A stretch of DNA of 63,721 nt, filler included, from Octopus bimaculoides (lineage: Eukaryota), in the NCBI RefSeq assembly GCF_001194135.2. It is 5 parts of 5 records of this genome, joined end to end, with 100 filler letters (N's around TTAATTAATTAA, not from the genome) between each part and the next. Parts side by side here need not be neighbours in the genome. Positions count along the whole stretch, not along the records: positions 24,179 to 40,575 come from NC_068995.1; positions 40,676 to 56,427 come from NC_068983.1; 3 more parts are not named here. One strand, given 5' to 3'. Shown here piece by piece: positions 37,171 to 50,660 of the stretch. The position numbers and the translations under genes are program-made. Each line of letters starts with the position of its first letter. Positions within the stretch are counted from its first letter, which is position 1. The notes below the pieces were generated by a model that saw only the letters and a list, made by a program, of their open reading frames with translations, searched no databases and was not told the DNA's origin.

Positions 37171-37360
37171 GCAGCAAGCTGATAGAAAATATCCTTAGCA
37201 CACTGAGCAAAATGCCTAGTGTAATTTCCTCCATCCTTACGTTCTGTGTTGAAAATGCCCTTGAAGTCGACTTTGCTTTTCACACTTCAGAGTCGATAAG
37301 ACAAGTACCAGTTGAACACTTGGGTCGATGTAATCGGGTATCCCCTCCCCTAAAACTACT
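37171..37360 (+). mobile_element. Octopus-type SINE (degenerate)
   Basis: GCAAGCTGA..TTAGCACACTGAGCAAAATGCCTAG..GTCGACTTTGC..AAGTACCAGTTGAACACT.GGGTCGATGTAATCG. Confidence 0.7.
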
Positions 37361-37769
37361 GTTCTTGCGTCAATATTTTAGACCAATGTATGTAGAATTT
37401 CTGCTAAATATTAATGGCGGAGAAATTTGTAACACTGCGTTAGATTTTCACCACGAATGCATGAAAAAAAAAAAAACGGTCTAACAAAATTAAATTCATA
37501 TGTCATACTACTGTCAGGTTGAAATTAGTTTAGAAGGATATTTAAATATTGAAGAATATATAAACAAATCTATTTTAGTGATGAAACTCGAAGCACATTC
37601 TGCTATAAACAGGAATTTACACTCCATTGTATTAACCTCTATAAATGCTTAGATAATATGCGCGCACGCGTATATGTGTGTGTGTATTCACTTCTGATTT
37701 TAATTATCTAAATTCTTCCTGTAAGGAAGGAGCTGCTTTCTGAGAAAGATACAAGGATCCATCTTTAGA

Positions 37770-38050
37770 ATGTAGATGACAAAATAACGTGACGTTTTAA
37801 ACATGTAAACAGTCTTGAATATTCTTAGCGTTTCACTTAGAAATTGCATTTGTAATGTGCAAGTTACTTGGTTGACTTCTTTTTCTGAAAAACCAACTGC
37901 ACACATTACTATTAGTATAAATGTTAATTTATACTCTGGATATCGAAGCTGGAGTTGTCGAGGCAATTGTTCATGGTTATCCTTTTTCTCTTTGATTTTC
38001 AAAGAGATATTTACAGTAGCAGGTCAGTTGACTGCTATGGTGGACCATAG
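37770..38050 (-). mobile_element. R4/Dong-type LINE 3' relic
   Basis: KIKEKKDNHEQLPRQLQLRYPEYKLTFILIVMCAVG...SETLRIFKT. Confidence 0.65.
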
Positions 38051-38656
38051 ATTTTCTGTCTAATTGCACGTATGTATGCATTGTGCGTGTGTGGTGTGTG
38101 TGTATACGTGTGTGTGTGACTTAACACACAGCAAAATGCCTAGCGCCTAATGTCTAGTGCCTAATGAATGCCTAGCGCCCAAAAATGCCTATCTGACTTA
38201 TGACCGATTGACTTTACGATGATTGGCGCGCCAGCTCCCGGCAGCTATAATAAATGTGTGATTACATATCAAGTAGAGATAATTTCTGGTAGAAAACGCA
38301 AGGATCTGGAACAGGGACCGATACACTCCTTGCCCGACTAACAGTATTCCAGAGAACATATTGGGGGCGTGTGCTGCAGATCTGTATGAAGACACATCTA
38401 AACGTACAAATGACTCCAGCTACTGGATGTAGGAACGAAAGTGGGCGATGGGACTCATATAATGAAAAGTACTAAATCTTAATAATGTTGTCTAGCCCAG
38501 TATATCTAGGCACATATTTACAGGGACTGTGTTGACAGAAAATAAAGCTCACTGATATTAAAGGAGAAAATGGACCGAGGACTGCAATGAGTGTACGAGA
38601 AGTGCACTGCTGCAAAAGGTGGCCGCTGAGTGTGCCACGGAGGAGTAGTTTTGTCG

Positions 38657-39016
38657 ATGGCCCTTGATATTCAACCACGGGAACAGGTATATTCCTTCCT
38701 TCCTTGTTTTCCTTCCATCCGTCCCTTCTCACGTCCTTCCTTCATTAATTAATTCATTCATTCACTGTAATTATAAGCTCATGAATGGTTAATTAAACAT
38801 CTTTTGGGGCACTGTTCTTCGAGTTACGTGCGTGTATTTTTAAGCATGTACGAGCGTTTGCATGTGTGCGCGGTTGGATGAATGTGAATTCACCTGTGCG
38901 AAACTCTGCAGATCATGTCGTCATTCTTGTTCCTATCTATACAGGTCGTCACCGACGTACGACCGATTGACTTTACGACGATTGGCACGCCAGTTCCCGG
39001 CAGCTATAATAAATAG
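38657..39016 (+). CDS. Hypothetical two-exon small ORF (38657-38686 + 38945-39016), MALDIQPREQVVTDVRPIDFTTIGTPVPGSYNK*
   Basis: Donor CAG|GTATAT at 38687; pyrimidine-rich acceptor TTGTTCCTATCTATACAG| at 38944; phases compatible. No homology recognised. Confidence 0.2.
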
Positions 39017-40575
39017 TCCAGTTGAAATCTAATCGGTTTAATTTCTTAGAAATTAACCCGTCTAAAGATGACGATAGCTAACAAACGCTTACCCTAGGTT
39101 TGGTTATCGATCGCCACTGATTATCCCACGTGTTGGATGAATATCCTGTCGAAGAAACATCGAGGCAACCTCGTATTTGTTACACTACATTGTGTATTTC
39201 TTGTATTTGAATCCTTTGGAACTTTTCTATGAAAAAATAACTGTTGTAGAATAATACAGAATGTTCTGTGTGACTTTTACCTGACAATATAACTTAAGAA
39301 TGTAAAAATATAAAACAACGCTATGTAGGCCAATAGACCGACTTACATCCAGTCCATCGGAATCAATTGTGGTCGTAAGTCGACGATGATCTGTACTTCA
39401 AGTGGCTACTACTTTCTTAAGAGATGTATCCGCTTCCCATTTATTTTGATTTTCCACTGTTTAAACTCTTCGATAAACTTTCACCAAACATCAAATTCTG
39501 TAATGCAAATAAATAGTGAATAATCTTTCTGTCGCACTATTTTTTTTCCTTTCATAAGTAGGCATGTATTAACGAACATTTTTACTTACATAAAGAAGAG
39601 GACACATGGTTTTGAGATACAAGATTTACAAGCACTAACAAGTGCATGTGTGTCTGTGCACGCGTGTTTGTGTGTCTATGTGTGTGAGTTTAGGTATTTG
39701 TGTGCATGTGTGTGTGGTGTGTGTGTGTACTACTGCAGAAGTCTGGTGTGAATATCAATATACATGTGTATAGATATACAAATGTATGTGTGTGTGCATG
39801 CGCGCTCGAATGCGTGTGTGCATACACATACATACACACGCACGCACAAATGAAACACATATAGAAATGTATGTGCATAGAAACAAAGCTACACGGAGTC
39901 CGACACACAGTCGTATGTCTTATCTTTATTCCTATACATAAGAGGTCTCTCTGTGGCTTTGGCAATTAGAGAGCGATAATAATATCATGTAGCTATTTGA
40001 AATGTAGATGCTGAATATTACAACATTGCAGAATTCTGTAACTGTACATGTCGAAGATGTGATAATGTATATCATATATGATGTCTAACTTATATGATAT
40101 CTAGCGATGTTTTTAAATGGACGGCAAAATTATTAGTTCAAGAGGAACTCAAGTGATTAGCTATAGAGTCTATTGCCCATGATATATTATTCAGTCTCTT
40201 TACAGTGAACAGACTGACAAGCTTGGCCGTTGTGAGCAAGGCCATAATTGAAGACATTGATCAAGAGAGACTATCAGAGATGCTGTAGATATTCTGTATC
40301 GTCTCTGAACCGTTTTTGTTAAGGTCAGCAGAGATCACTCTAACTACATAAAATAAAACATATAGTGTTAGAGTTTTATGAAATACGTATTTGTATGGGT
40401 AATATTTGTTTATTCAATTAATTTTAGTTATGTCTGAACCCATTACATTTCTTTTCAGACATATATAATTCAGTCACAATGCGGGCACACATGCATATAA
40501 ATATAATTCTGCCTCCAAACGCATTCAAACGCAAAGGCGCAAGCTTATATGCAGACACAGATACTATATATATAT

Positions 40576-40675
40576 NNNNNNNNNNNNNNNNNNNNNNNNN
40601 NNNNNNNNNNNNNNNNNNNTTAATTAATTAANNNNNNNNNNNNNNNNNNNNNNNNNNNNNNNNNNNNNNNNNNNN
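40576..40675. other. Artificial scaffold-join linker
   Basis: N44-TTAATTAATTAA-N44. Confidence 0.95.
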
Positions 40676-40700
40676 TATATATATATATATATATATATAT

Positions 40701-40840
40701 GGCGGGCTTCTTTCAGTTTCCATCAACCAAATCCAATGACAAGGCTTTGGTCGGCCCGAGGCTATAGTAGAAGACACTAACCCAAGTTGCCACACATTGG
40801 GACTAAACCCAGAACCATGTGGTTGGTAAGTAAGCTACTT
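40701..40840 (-). mobile_element. tRNA-derived SINE (OK-family-like), 5' truncated
   Basis: Minus strand CCAACCACATGGTTCTGGGTTTAGTCCCA (B-box-like)...TGTCTTCTACTATAGCCTCGGGCCGACCAAAGCCTTG...GGAAACTGAAAGAAGCCCG. Confidence 0.75.
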
Positions 40841-40876
<36 letters not shown>

Positions 40877-42562
40877 AAACTAATTACTAGCTTTCACTAG
40901 AATATGTAATGTCTTTTAGGTTTATTATGTAGTGTATTTTTGTAATTATATATATTGAATTATCTTGTATATGAAAAATGTTTGACATATGCATGGTATG
41001 AATGATTCAAAGGAGGTCGTGCTGTTCTGTTCTTTGAGTTTTCTTTTATTTTTCTTCTCTTGCTTACCTCAACTAAGCAATGTGGATACCATTTTCATTG
41101 TAAATATTTCATCTTGACAATGATACTTATCTATGTTTGTGATAATTCTTCCATTCTTTGTTGCTTTTGTCTCTGTTGGGCACATGGCTATTTCAGCACC
41201 ATTCACCCACCAGTATGATGCTTGTAATTGTATATACTTAAGCACTTTTATTCTCTGCCTGCTGCCACTCTTGCCTTCTCAATAATTGACACTTCTATAA
41301 ATATTTGTATGTTTATCATCTCCAACACAGCAGCAATAATAAGAGACTACCTTCCTCACAAGCCTTTGATTTGTTTATTATCATATTTTATTATAATAAT
41401 CTTCAATTTCCTCAAAGAAAGTAAAACACAGTGATATAAAATTGCCTTTCCTAAATGGTATTTAGGATTTTTTTTTTTCTTTTTCCAAATAATTATTAAT
41501 AACTGTCTGAATTATATAAAATCATTTTGTTACTTATATAGATAGATATTTCATATTGAAGTTAGGAATATCCTTTCTTTAAGTTATTATTCTAATAAAT
41601 AATAAAAAAAAATTCAGTTACTCAAACCCATATTGTTACTGGTAGTATGTAGTAGTAAATCAGAGAAATGTTCATTGAGCTAAAAAAAGTTTTACTCCTT
41701 TTAATGTCAAGATGTATATGATTCATAGATTAGTGTTAATGTGCTTATATTAGTGGACAGTAGGTGCAGTGACTAGGAAATGAACATATTTTAGGTAAAC
41801 CTGAGGCATGTTTCAGATCTAATTCAAGGATATGATCATTACTAAAGTAAATTATTATTTCTACTTTGTAATATATATCTTTCATTCTTATTTGATTCTT
41901 TTAGAATCTATAAGTAGCTGAGTGGGATTTTTTTTAAAGACATATTCTGGTTTCAAATATTTATAGGTCTCTATTTTTTCTATCCTTTTCTTTTGCTCTA
42001 ACTCTGCCTCTTCATGGATTCGTAGAATGATTAGAAAAAAAACAAAAATTCTGTGTTAGCATAATTCTTGTGAAATCATTCCAGTTAAGCAAGTTAATTG
42101 GTTTAGAGTTAGATGCAGATGGTAGTAGTTTATGATTAGTAAGATTACCTCCAAAAAACATATTGTCTATGAGGGTTAAAACTGAAAGGGAAAAAAAATG
42201 GTAAGGATTACTTAAGATAGGACATTTTGCAGACTTGATCAACCCATAAAAATACAGATGTAAAAATATAAATGAGACAGTTCATATATTTAAGCTTTAA
42301 GATCGAACAAGTTAATAGATGTTATGGACTAAATTTAGTAGTAATTAATAATTGTTTTAGTTCAGATGAAAATGGAAATCTGTAAATTATTTTTTAAAAA
42401 TTTGTAAAGCATATATTATAAAAAATGTTTTGTAACATTTAATGTTATATCAAACACTGGAGAAACAAGTTAATCAGTTGAATAAAACTGATACTGAATT
42501 ACTCTCAATTACTGGGAGAAGTTTATAATAGTATTTCTTTTTTCTTTTTTTTTTTTGTATTA

Positions 42563-42621
<59 letters not shown>

Positions 42622-43150
42622 AAGTGGTGAGCTAGCAGAATCGTTAGCACGCCAGACAAAATACTTAGCCGCATTTTGCCTGTCACTAGATTCTGAGTTC
42701 TAATTCCACCAAGATCGACTTTTCCTTTCATCCTTTTGGGGTCAATAAATTAAGTACCAGTTGAGTACTGCAGTCAATGTAATTGACTTAACCCCTCTCC
42801 CAAAATTTCAGGCTTTGTGCCTATAGTAGAAAGGATTATTATAATTATTATTATTATTATTGCTACTGCTGTTGCTGCAAGGCGGTGAGCTGGCAGAATT
42901 GTTAGCATGCCGGACAAAATGCCTAGTGGCATTTCATCTGTCTTTATGTTCTGAATTCAAATCCTGCCAGGGTCAACTTTGCTTTACATCCTTTCAGAGT
43001 TAGTAAAATAAGTAGTACCGGTTGAGTATTGAGCTCAAGGTAATCAACTGGCTCCCCTGCCAAATTTCAGGCCTTGTGTCTATAGTAGAAAAGATTATAA
43101 TTGTCGTCGTCGTCGTCATCACCATTACCATCATCATCATCATTATTATT
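42563..43150 (+). mobile_element. Two tandem Octopus-type SINEs (about 42622-42840 and 42880-43097) embedded in (ATT)n/(CAT)n arrays
   Basis: Both begin GG(C/T)GGTGAGCT(G/A)GCAGAAT(C/T)GTTAGCA and end GTG(C/T)CTATAGTAGAAA(G/A)GATTAT; flanked by (ATT)n. Confidence 0.85.
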
Positions 43151-43558
43151 ATAGTCAATATAGTCTATTTTACAAGCTCAATTAAATGTATACCAAATTA
43201 ACTCAAGTGTCGTGGTGTAGTAATAAACATTTTAGTCTCTACATAAACTGTTTTACAATCACAAGTCTAATCAACTATACACTACTAACTACACTAGTCA
43301 TTCAGCCAGAATAAGGTAGTTAGATTTTTCAAAACTTTTTAGTGAATGAACTCCAGGTCATATGTTTATCTGTCATACATCATTTCATTTTATTTTTTTA
43401 ATTTTTGTTAAACATTTAGAATTATTTATATTTTGTTGATATTCTCAGCTTCTTATGGATTAATGCTGTGACCTTCTAATTCATGGCATTGGTAGTCCAT
43501 GACTGTGTGATTGTATACTCAATGTGTTAGTTACTATATTCATATTAACTACTTACAG

Positions 43559-43603
43559 TATATCAAAGCTCCTTTGCAAGATCAACACACAAGAGATGCT
43601 AAG
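43559..43603 (+). CDS. Candidate 45-nt exon with GC donor (YIKAPLQDQHTRDAK), or start of a Lys-rich terminal exon ending at 43645
   Basis: Acceptor TTAACTACTTACAG|; donor AAG|GCAAGA; two frames open. Confidence 0.25.
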
Positions 43604-45134
43604 GCAAGAAAGAAAAAAAAAAAGAAAACAGCAAGGGAAAAGTAGAAATTTCATTCTTCTATCTTCAGTTCTTTAATAACCTGTCTTTCTGAAGACCCCT
43701 GCCAAAATATTCATGATGGCTTGAACAGGTTTCAAAGCAGATAACATCAAATTATTGGTCCATCAGCTGTAGAGAAACTAGAGCAACTGATAATACCACA
43801 ATAATAAAAGCTGTTCATGACCATATTATTTAAGCTAATCTATTGTTCTTTGTAACTCATTTTAATTTTGAGAAAAATCAAAAATATTTAAGACAATGAA
43901 GTTTATGCCCAAATTTGATTCATTTACAAGTTATAAATCATGAACTTTATATTATTTTCTTAGGAATATTGTTTTACAGTTACAATTCATCTTGCACAGT
44001 ATGAAAAAAAATTCAAGAATTTTAGGTTTTAGAGTTTTTGTTTTTTTTTTCATATTTTTCTTTTATAGCTTTAAAGTTTATATGATTATTTACATCTCTA
44101 AAAGTGTCTATTTTTATTTCTAGCTTTAAAGTGTCTGTTTATTTGCCCATGTTAATTTTTTTTCCTTTTTTTTTTTCCACAATTATTTGCTCCTATTGCT
44201 TATTATCATTATTAGCTTGTGTCTTTATTTTCGCTTCTTTTAGACAGCTTTTGCTTTGTACTGATTAGTAAAGTGCAACACTGACACAATCCACCTGGAA
44301 GTGATATACACTTAATCCAAATATTAGTTCCTGCTCATAAAAGAAAATAAAAAGCATCTCTTAATTTTCTTGTTAGGTTAAATTACCTCCCCCCATTTAC
44401 CATGTAATATGAAATATTCCAATGCCCTCATTATTTTGTTTACTGTCTTAATTAATCACCATGAATTGGTTTAATTGTAGAATATAAATTATCAACCTTC
44501 TTGTTTGATTCATAATGTGTCAGTTCTATGATTTTGCTATTTAAAAAATAGCAGAGTTATTCGGGAATTGCTTAGTAGCTAGTGAAAATGAGTAAAATAA
44601 GCCCTTCCAAAGTTTTTGAAAAGAATTTGTCTCAAGCAGTTTAAGAGAAGATGCTATCAAAGCCTCTTGTATGAGTTTAAAAACAGACTCTATTGTACTG
44701 CTATATTTGCAAGATTATTTCAGAAAGCACACATGTGAAACGCAAGTGCGGTTTTAGTAAAAATACATCCTCTTTGTGTGCAAGATTAACCAGTTTTTCA
44801 TTTCTCTGTATAAACTGGTGATCAAAATATTGTTTGATATTTTCAATTTAGGTTTTTTTTTTTGCTATTGGAGATTTTGTTTCACCACCACCACCACTAC
44901 CACCTTTTTATAAACCATTTCATTTTATTTAATTGCAGTTATCAGTCAATACTTTCTTTTCTGGCTGTTTTATACAATTAATTACATCAGTTTATAATCT
45001 TTAAATTAAGTAATTATTGTCTACTTCATGTGAGCTTTAAATTTTATCCAATCTTACTTTACTCAGTAGCAAAGGAACTCAATAATTATCACCATGCCAT
45101 CTGAATATGAAGAATTTGAGATTTATTTATTTAC

Positions 45135-45166
<32 letters not shown>

Positions 45167-48100
45167 AGCAATTTATATTTCCACTTATTAATTTATTCTA
45201 TATTTCATATTTAGAATTGTTTAAATGTATTTATTATTTCTATTAGTTATATTCCAGAAACCACTTATGAAATAACTAGCTTAAATGCTACACTCTGTGT
45301 GGACTTTTAAGCTAGCTCCTGCATAGGGCTAATTGGGCCTGTAGCCCAAAACTAAAAAGAGCTAAATAGCATGATTATAATACGTCTATAATGACTATAT
45401 GCCCTGGTGGTGTCTGATCAGAGGTTAAGGATGGATGAAAATTAATTCTGTAATGCAATCATTCTATTGTTTCAGTCCCAAGTTGAATTCCAACTGTTGG
45501 CCAATTTGTCCCAAAGTTTTTATCTCAATATAAAATCTCTGACATCATCTGACCAAGATGGTGTGAATCAGACAAGCTTTACCTTCTAGAAATAGCAACC
45601 CAAATGCTTTTAAATTAGATCCCAATACCGGATGTTCAAGAACCAAATGAAGGGCAGATTTTCAATCTTGGGATCATCTTGATTCCAAAAAGGTATAATA
45701 TGTCTATGTAGAGCAAATATAGACTGAGATACAGGGGTCCCAGACAGACAGAATTTCTTGTTTATTATTATACAATTTTGGGATAATGCAAAGATAAAGT
45801 TTTGTCATATTTTAGCTTGCATTATTCCATTTTCTTTTGAGTTGGAATTATCTACAGTAGGATATATTTACCTTAATTCAGTATTATGTATCTTTCTAAT
45901 GAGGTCAACCACTTTTTTTCTTTCTGTTATTTTCAACGTACAAGAGAGAGAACATACTTGCTAGCGAAGTAAATAAATAGCAATATGTTACAGTTTTAAT
46001 ATCATTTATTTGCTCAGAATGAAAAAATAGAGCCTTATTGTCCTCTAATAGATTCAAGTAATGTTAGCTCAATTAATCTGCCAGATAGTACAAGTGGACA
46101 GGATTGAACAATTACAAAGATATTCTGCAAGAGTATTTATTGATACATGTCTCCAGTAACTCTTAAATTATCAACTCTAATTATGTATTTGTAATTAATT
46201 TTTCAATATCAAGGTTTATTGTGGTTTAATTTCATCCCCTCTAAAACAGATAATTCAGCTCCTATTTATAAAAGGGATTATTTTCTGAAAAATAATGTTT
46301 TCAAGATTTATAGACAGATAATCAAATAAGAAACTTTGCATAGTTTCAGGTAAAACATTTCTTCTATTTTACATTAAATAGTTGAGAGTAAGGATTGGTT
46401 TTTGTCTATTTATCTACATTTTTATTAGACATGTCTGCAAAATTCCCCTTTTATTTTAACTGGGTTTCAAATTTTTGTTTAATAATAGAGTTGTTATTTA
46501 AAAACTGATAGTAGCAATTACAGAGAAGATAAAACCCTTCTTGTCTCTCTTGAAAGCATTTAATTTTTGCTTTATATGAAAGTAATCACACAACTCCTCA
46601 ATGTCTTTGTTACAAAACAGCTTTAAACATAATATTATTACAAAGATACTGTACAGCAAACAGTCTCTACCAAATAGAGTTTGAAGCCTATTGCTAATTT
46701 AATTCTCTTGGAATAAGCAGGACTATAACTTCCTAGTCTTTCTTTAATACTTATATCCACAATATCTCTATAGTGTCACATTATATATATATACTGTTGT
46801 AAAATATCAATTATTGAATTTCATTTTAAAACAAATTTCTCTTCAGCTTCTTAACTGAAAATGCTCCTTGAAAATTGTTTCTTGTTGATTATGAAAACTA
46901 AATAGATTGATCACTTGAAACAGTGGGAAAGATTAAAAAATCATTGGCTAATTCATACAAACTGTTTTATTTTTAATATTATGAAGAGTAGAATAAAATA
47001 GTTCACCATTTCTGTTTGTAAAAATTTCTTTCTAATTTGTAGATATCTCAGCTAAACTGCTGCCTCATCACTGGGATATTATAACATTTCTTTTTACGAT
47101 ATGCAAAAAAAAAAAAGAAAATAAAAATAAATCAATATTTCTAATTCATTTTTTGAAAAATGTGCTTTTCTTTATCGTTTGTTTTCATTCTGTAATTAGA
47201 AATCTAATTCTCACTTGTCACAGGCTTGTTTTGGTTTGGTCTCTTATCTAGCAGCTGTGTTTATGAAAAAAAAAATTCATTTTTTTTTCTTTTCTTTAAT
47301 GGCCTTTTGATGGCAGGCAGAATATGAATTTAAGTAAATGCTTTTAATAATTATTTTCAATATTTTAATTACTATTTGTTGACAGTTCATAGAGTTCTTT
47401 TTCCCTTTGCAGTTATCCTCTTTACTTCCTTTACAGGTGCTAAATGTTCTTTACTTTGGTCTCATTCAAAAAGCAGTGCTCTTTTAATCTCTTGCATTAT
47501 TCACACTATATACATAATTTCAGTATGACTGAAAATGTCTAATATTTTCAGATTACTGAATACATAAGCAAACCATTTGCAGTTCTCCACACTAAATCAT
47601 TCTCAAACAAGCAATTAAACATTTACTTCAATCACATTTTAATTTTTTAATTTCCTTTGATCATTTCCTAAGTTTTTTATAAGTCCTCAAAGTGTTTTAA
47701 TTTTCCAACATTTTCATTTTTCTAATAAACACTATTATAATTATTTCAAAAATGCCTCCAAGCATTGCTATTTTGAATTGACCAATGATTGTTTTTTTTT
47801 TTTTAATTTCTTTTACCTTTTACTGGTTCCAGCCAGTAAAACATTCACAAAACCATTTGGGAGAGGGGGGTCAGCAGTTTTTCTAACTCAGTCATTTGTT
47901 TTTGTTTTAGCTTTTAACATTGAGAAATTAATAGCATTTTTTGTTATTAGGATAACTTGAAACAATGTAAGAAATATGTTTGTAGAAAATAATAGATTTT
48001 CTTAAATTCCAAAGCTGAGATATACTTTTTTTAAATTACTCATATAATGAAAACTGAAGTAATAGTCTATTGCAATATAATAAAAACAAGTCTGTTAAAC

Positions 48101-50102
48101 ATGTAAGGGTTGCATGGATATTTCTGTGATGATAGGTATTTTCATAGATCAAATGTTAAATAAAATATACAGGTTACTGTGTAGAAATGACAGGCTATAC
48201 TAAGCATTTAAAGATAAAAATATTATTTGCTCTTTGATAAGTGCAAATATAAGAAATCAGTAACTTAAGAGACACATCATTATTTGTTCCTTATAGAGAT
48301 ATGGTTTGGTCAGAATGCAGAGCTATACTGGTATACCATTATTATCAAGTCTTGTGAATTTACCATAAATGGAAATTGATGCATGCAGAAGATAGTTTTT
48401 AATATAAGTTTCATCTAAGATCAAGCTTTCAAAAGATTCCATTGAAGCTTTAAGATTGTTAAGACATAAAATAGTAAATTGAGTGTATTGGTGAGGGCTT
48501 TCTGGAGCTAATACAACAAAATATAGTGTGATTTCTTGTTGAAAGCTTAAATTGGGAGATTAAATTATCACTTTAACATTTCAGTATTGAGGTTATAAAA
48601 AAAATTATTCTAGTGTATATAAGAAAATCTCTACCATTTGCAACAGGAAGAAATTCAGTGACAAATTTTATACAGCTTCTAGATTTTAGATAATGCCATT
48701 TTTTTATGAGAGGAACCAGTTTACTTAACAATATAGAAAGTAATCTGCAATAACTATTTAATCTGTGATTAGTCTAGATTTATTAAATTATCTTTGTGAA
48801 TCCATTTTGTTCTGATTTCACTCTGGAGTCAGTAAGATAGGTTTCGGTAATAAATTATTTTGTTCTGTTTTAAAAATAACAACCTTGTACCTAGTCTAAA
48901 CAAGCCAATATGTGCAAAAATCTGTCTTTGGGTGACTTGATAATGACTAAATGCCTTCTCTGTGATAAAGTTAGTTTTAGTAAAGTTATTGAAATAGATT
49001 GTTCATAATTTTTTACACTGAACTCTGAAAGTGGACCATGTTTTTAGAATTAACCACAAGGAGGTGTTTTACACATTTTAATTAAAGCATTCAAGTTGTA
49101 GGGATAATTGGAATTTGTATTTTTGTAAAGCTGACTAACATCTAAATGACTATTTTATATTAAAAAAAATGTTTTAAATTTTTAAGATTAATATTTTCAA
49201 GCATAAAATATTTAAAACCCACTAGAGAATTCACACAATAAGCAAATAAGAATAACTGTAGTGAATTGTTTATTAATTTTTTTTTTATAGTTGATTGTAA
49301 TGATTTAATAGTCAGTTGTTAGAATTGGTTGAACAGTAATCAATAGTTTACATCAGTAATCCTAGGTGTAGTACAAAGGATGTATCAGTGCTCTAAAATT
49401 TTCTTCTGTCAAATCCTATCTTTTGAACTGAAATACATGATCTGTGCAGAATAATGTAGGGGATCTGATGGAAGTTGCATTACTATTAATTCTATTATTC
49501 AATTTCTTTCTTGCTATGGTATAATTTCATTTTCTTTTAGAACCTTGAACCTCATTATTGTTATTCAACCCTTTAAAAGCTGAGCTATGTCACATTAGCT
49601 GCATTCAGCTTAACTTTTAGTTCCATAACTGTGAACTCATTTGGATCTTTATTTTAAAACTACCATCCGTTAAAAATGTATGACTTAATTTTTTGTGAAA
49701 TTTTCTTTTGATTCCAGCTGGTTACTTTAAAACCACAGGATCATTTTGTAGGATCCTGCTTTATCACACTTTTAATTGTAACTAAATAGAATTTTATTTC
49801 AAGTTCATTCAATTAGAGTTTGGATCAAAGTGACTGTTTGCTACTTATCTTCACTCAGAAAACATCAAATTGTATACTATCTTAGTTTCCTGCTTGTATT
49901 TTTTTGTCTTGCCAAAGCTTGTATTTCATATAGACTTTTACAAAAAGCCACTTTCTTTAGCTGAGCAATCACAAATTATTCTGCATATCATTACATAATT
50001 TTATTGCTATTAACTATTTTTTCCATTCTTATTCTTTGCTTAATGGAAGACATGTTAACATAATGCACTCACTTGATTATTGTTTTTATATTATTATATT
50101 TG

Positions 50103-50200
<98 letters not shown>

Positions 50201-50418
50201 TCTTTTTCTCTTCTTTCCTATTTATTGACATATACATATTGCTGAAAATTATTAACTTGAATAATTTTAAATATATAGCTTATTAAGTAGGAAATTGCAG
50301 ATGATTCCAAAGTAAATCTTGTAATTATCATAATTAATCCTTGTAATTTCCACTTGCTTTTGAAATATTTACCATATGGATATTTTTTTAAAATATGAAA
50401 TATTTGGTGAATCAACAA

Positions 50419-50459
<41 letters not shown>

Positions 50460-50487
50460 GCATATGATTTGAGTAAAAACTCTGTAG

Positions 50488-50660
50488 AATGCTATACAAA
50501 GCTCATTCACAGTTCCTGGCTACCAAATGTCATCATACAGTGGAAATGCTCCTGCTACTGGATATACATCAGGAATTTCATAGTGTCTGTAGAATTTATA
50601 TAAATGGTAAAAAATGGAATGAACATCATTCTTTACATATTTCTACACCTGTAGTAAAAG
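50488..50660 (+). CDS. Candidate exon, phase-compatible with 51676
   Basis: Donor AAAG|GTGAGA at 50661 (phase 1); open frame ...RIYINGKKWNEHHSLHISTPVVK; 5' boundary uncertain. Confidence 0.35.

Noticed and set aside
41068-41430. Minus-strand exon ending at GAG|GTAAGC
   Set aside because: Stops in all frames close to the donor.
47437-47530. Coding exon after a strong polypyrimidine acceptor
   Set aside because: Only short open frames and no donor; cannot be supported as coding.
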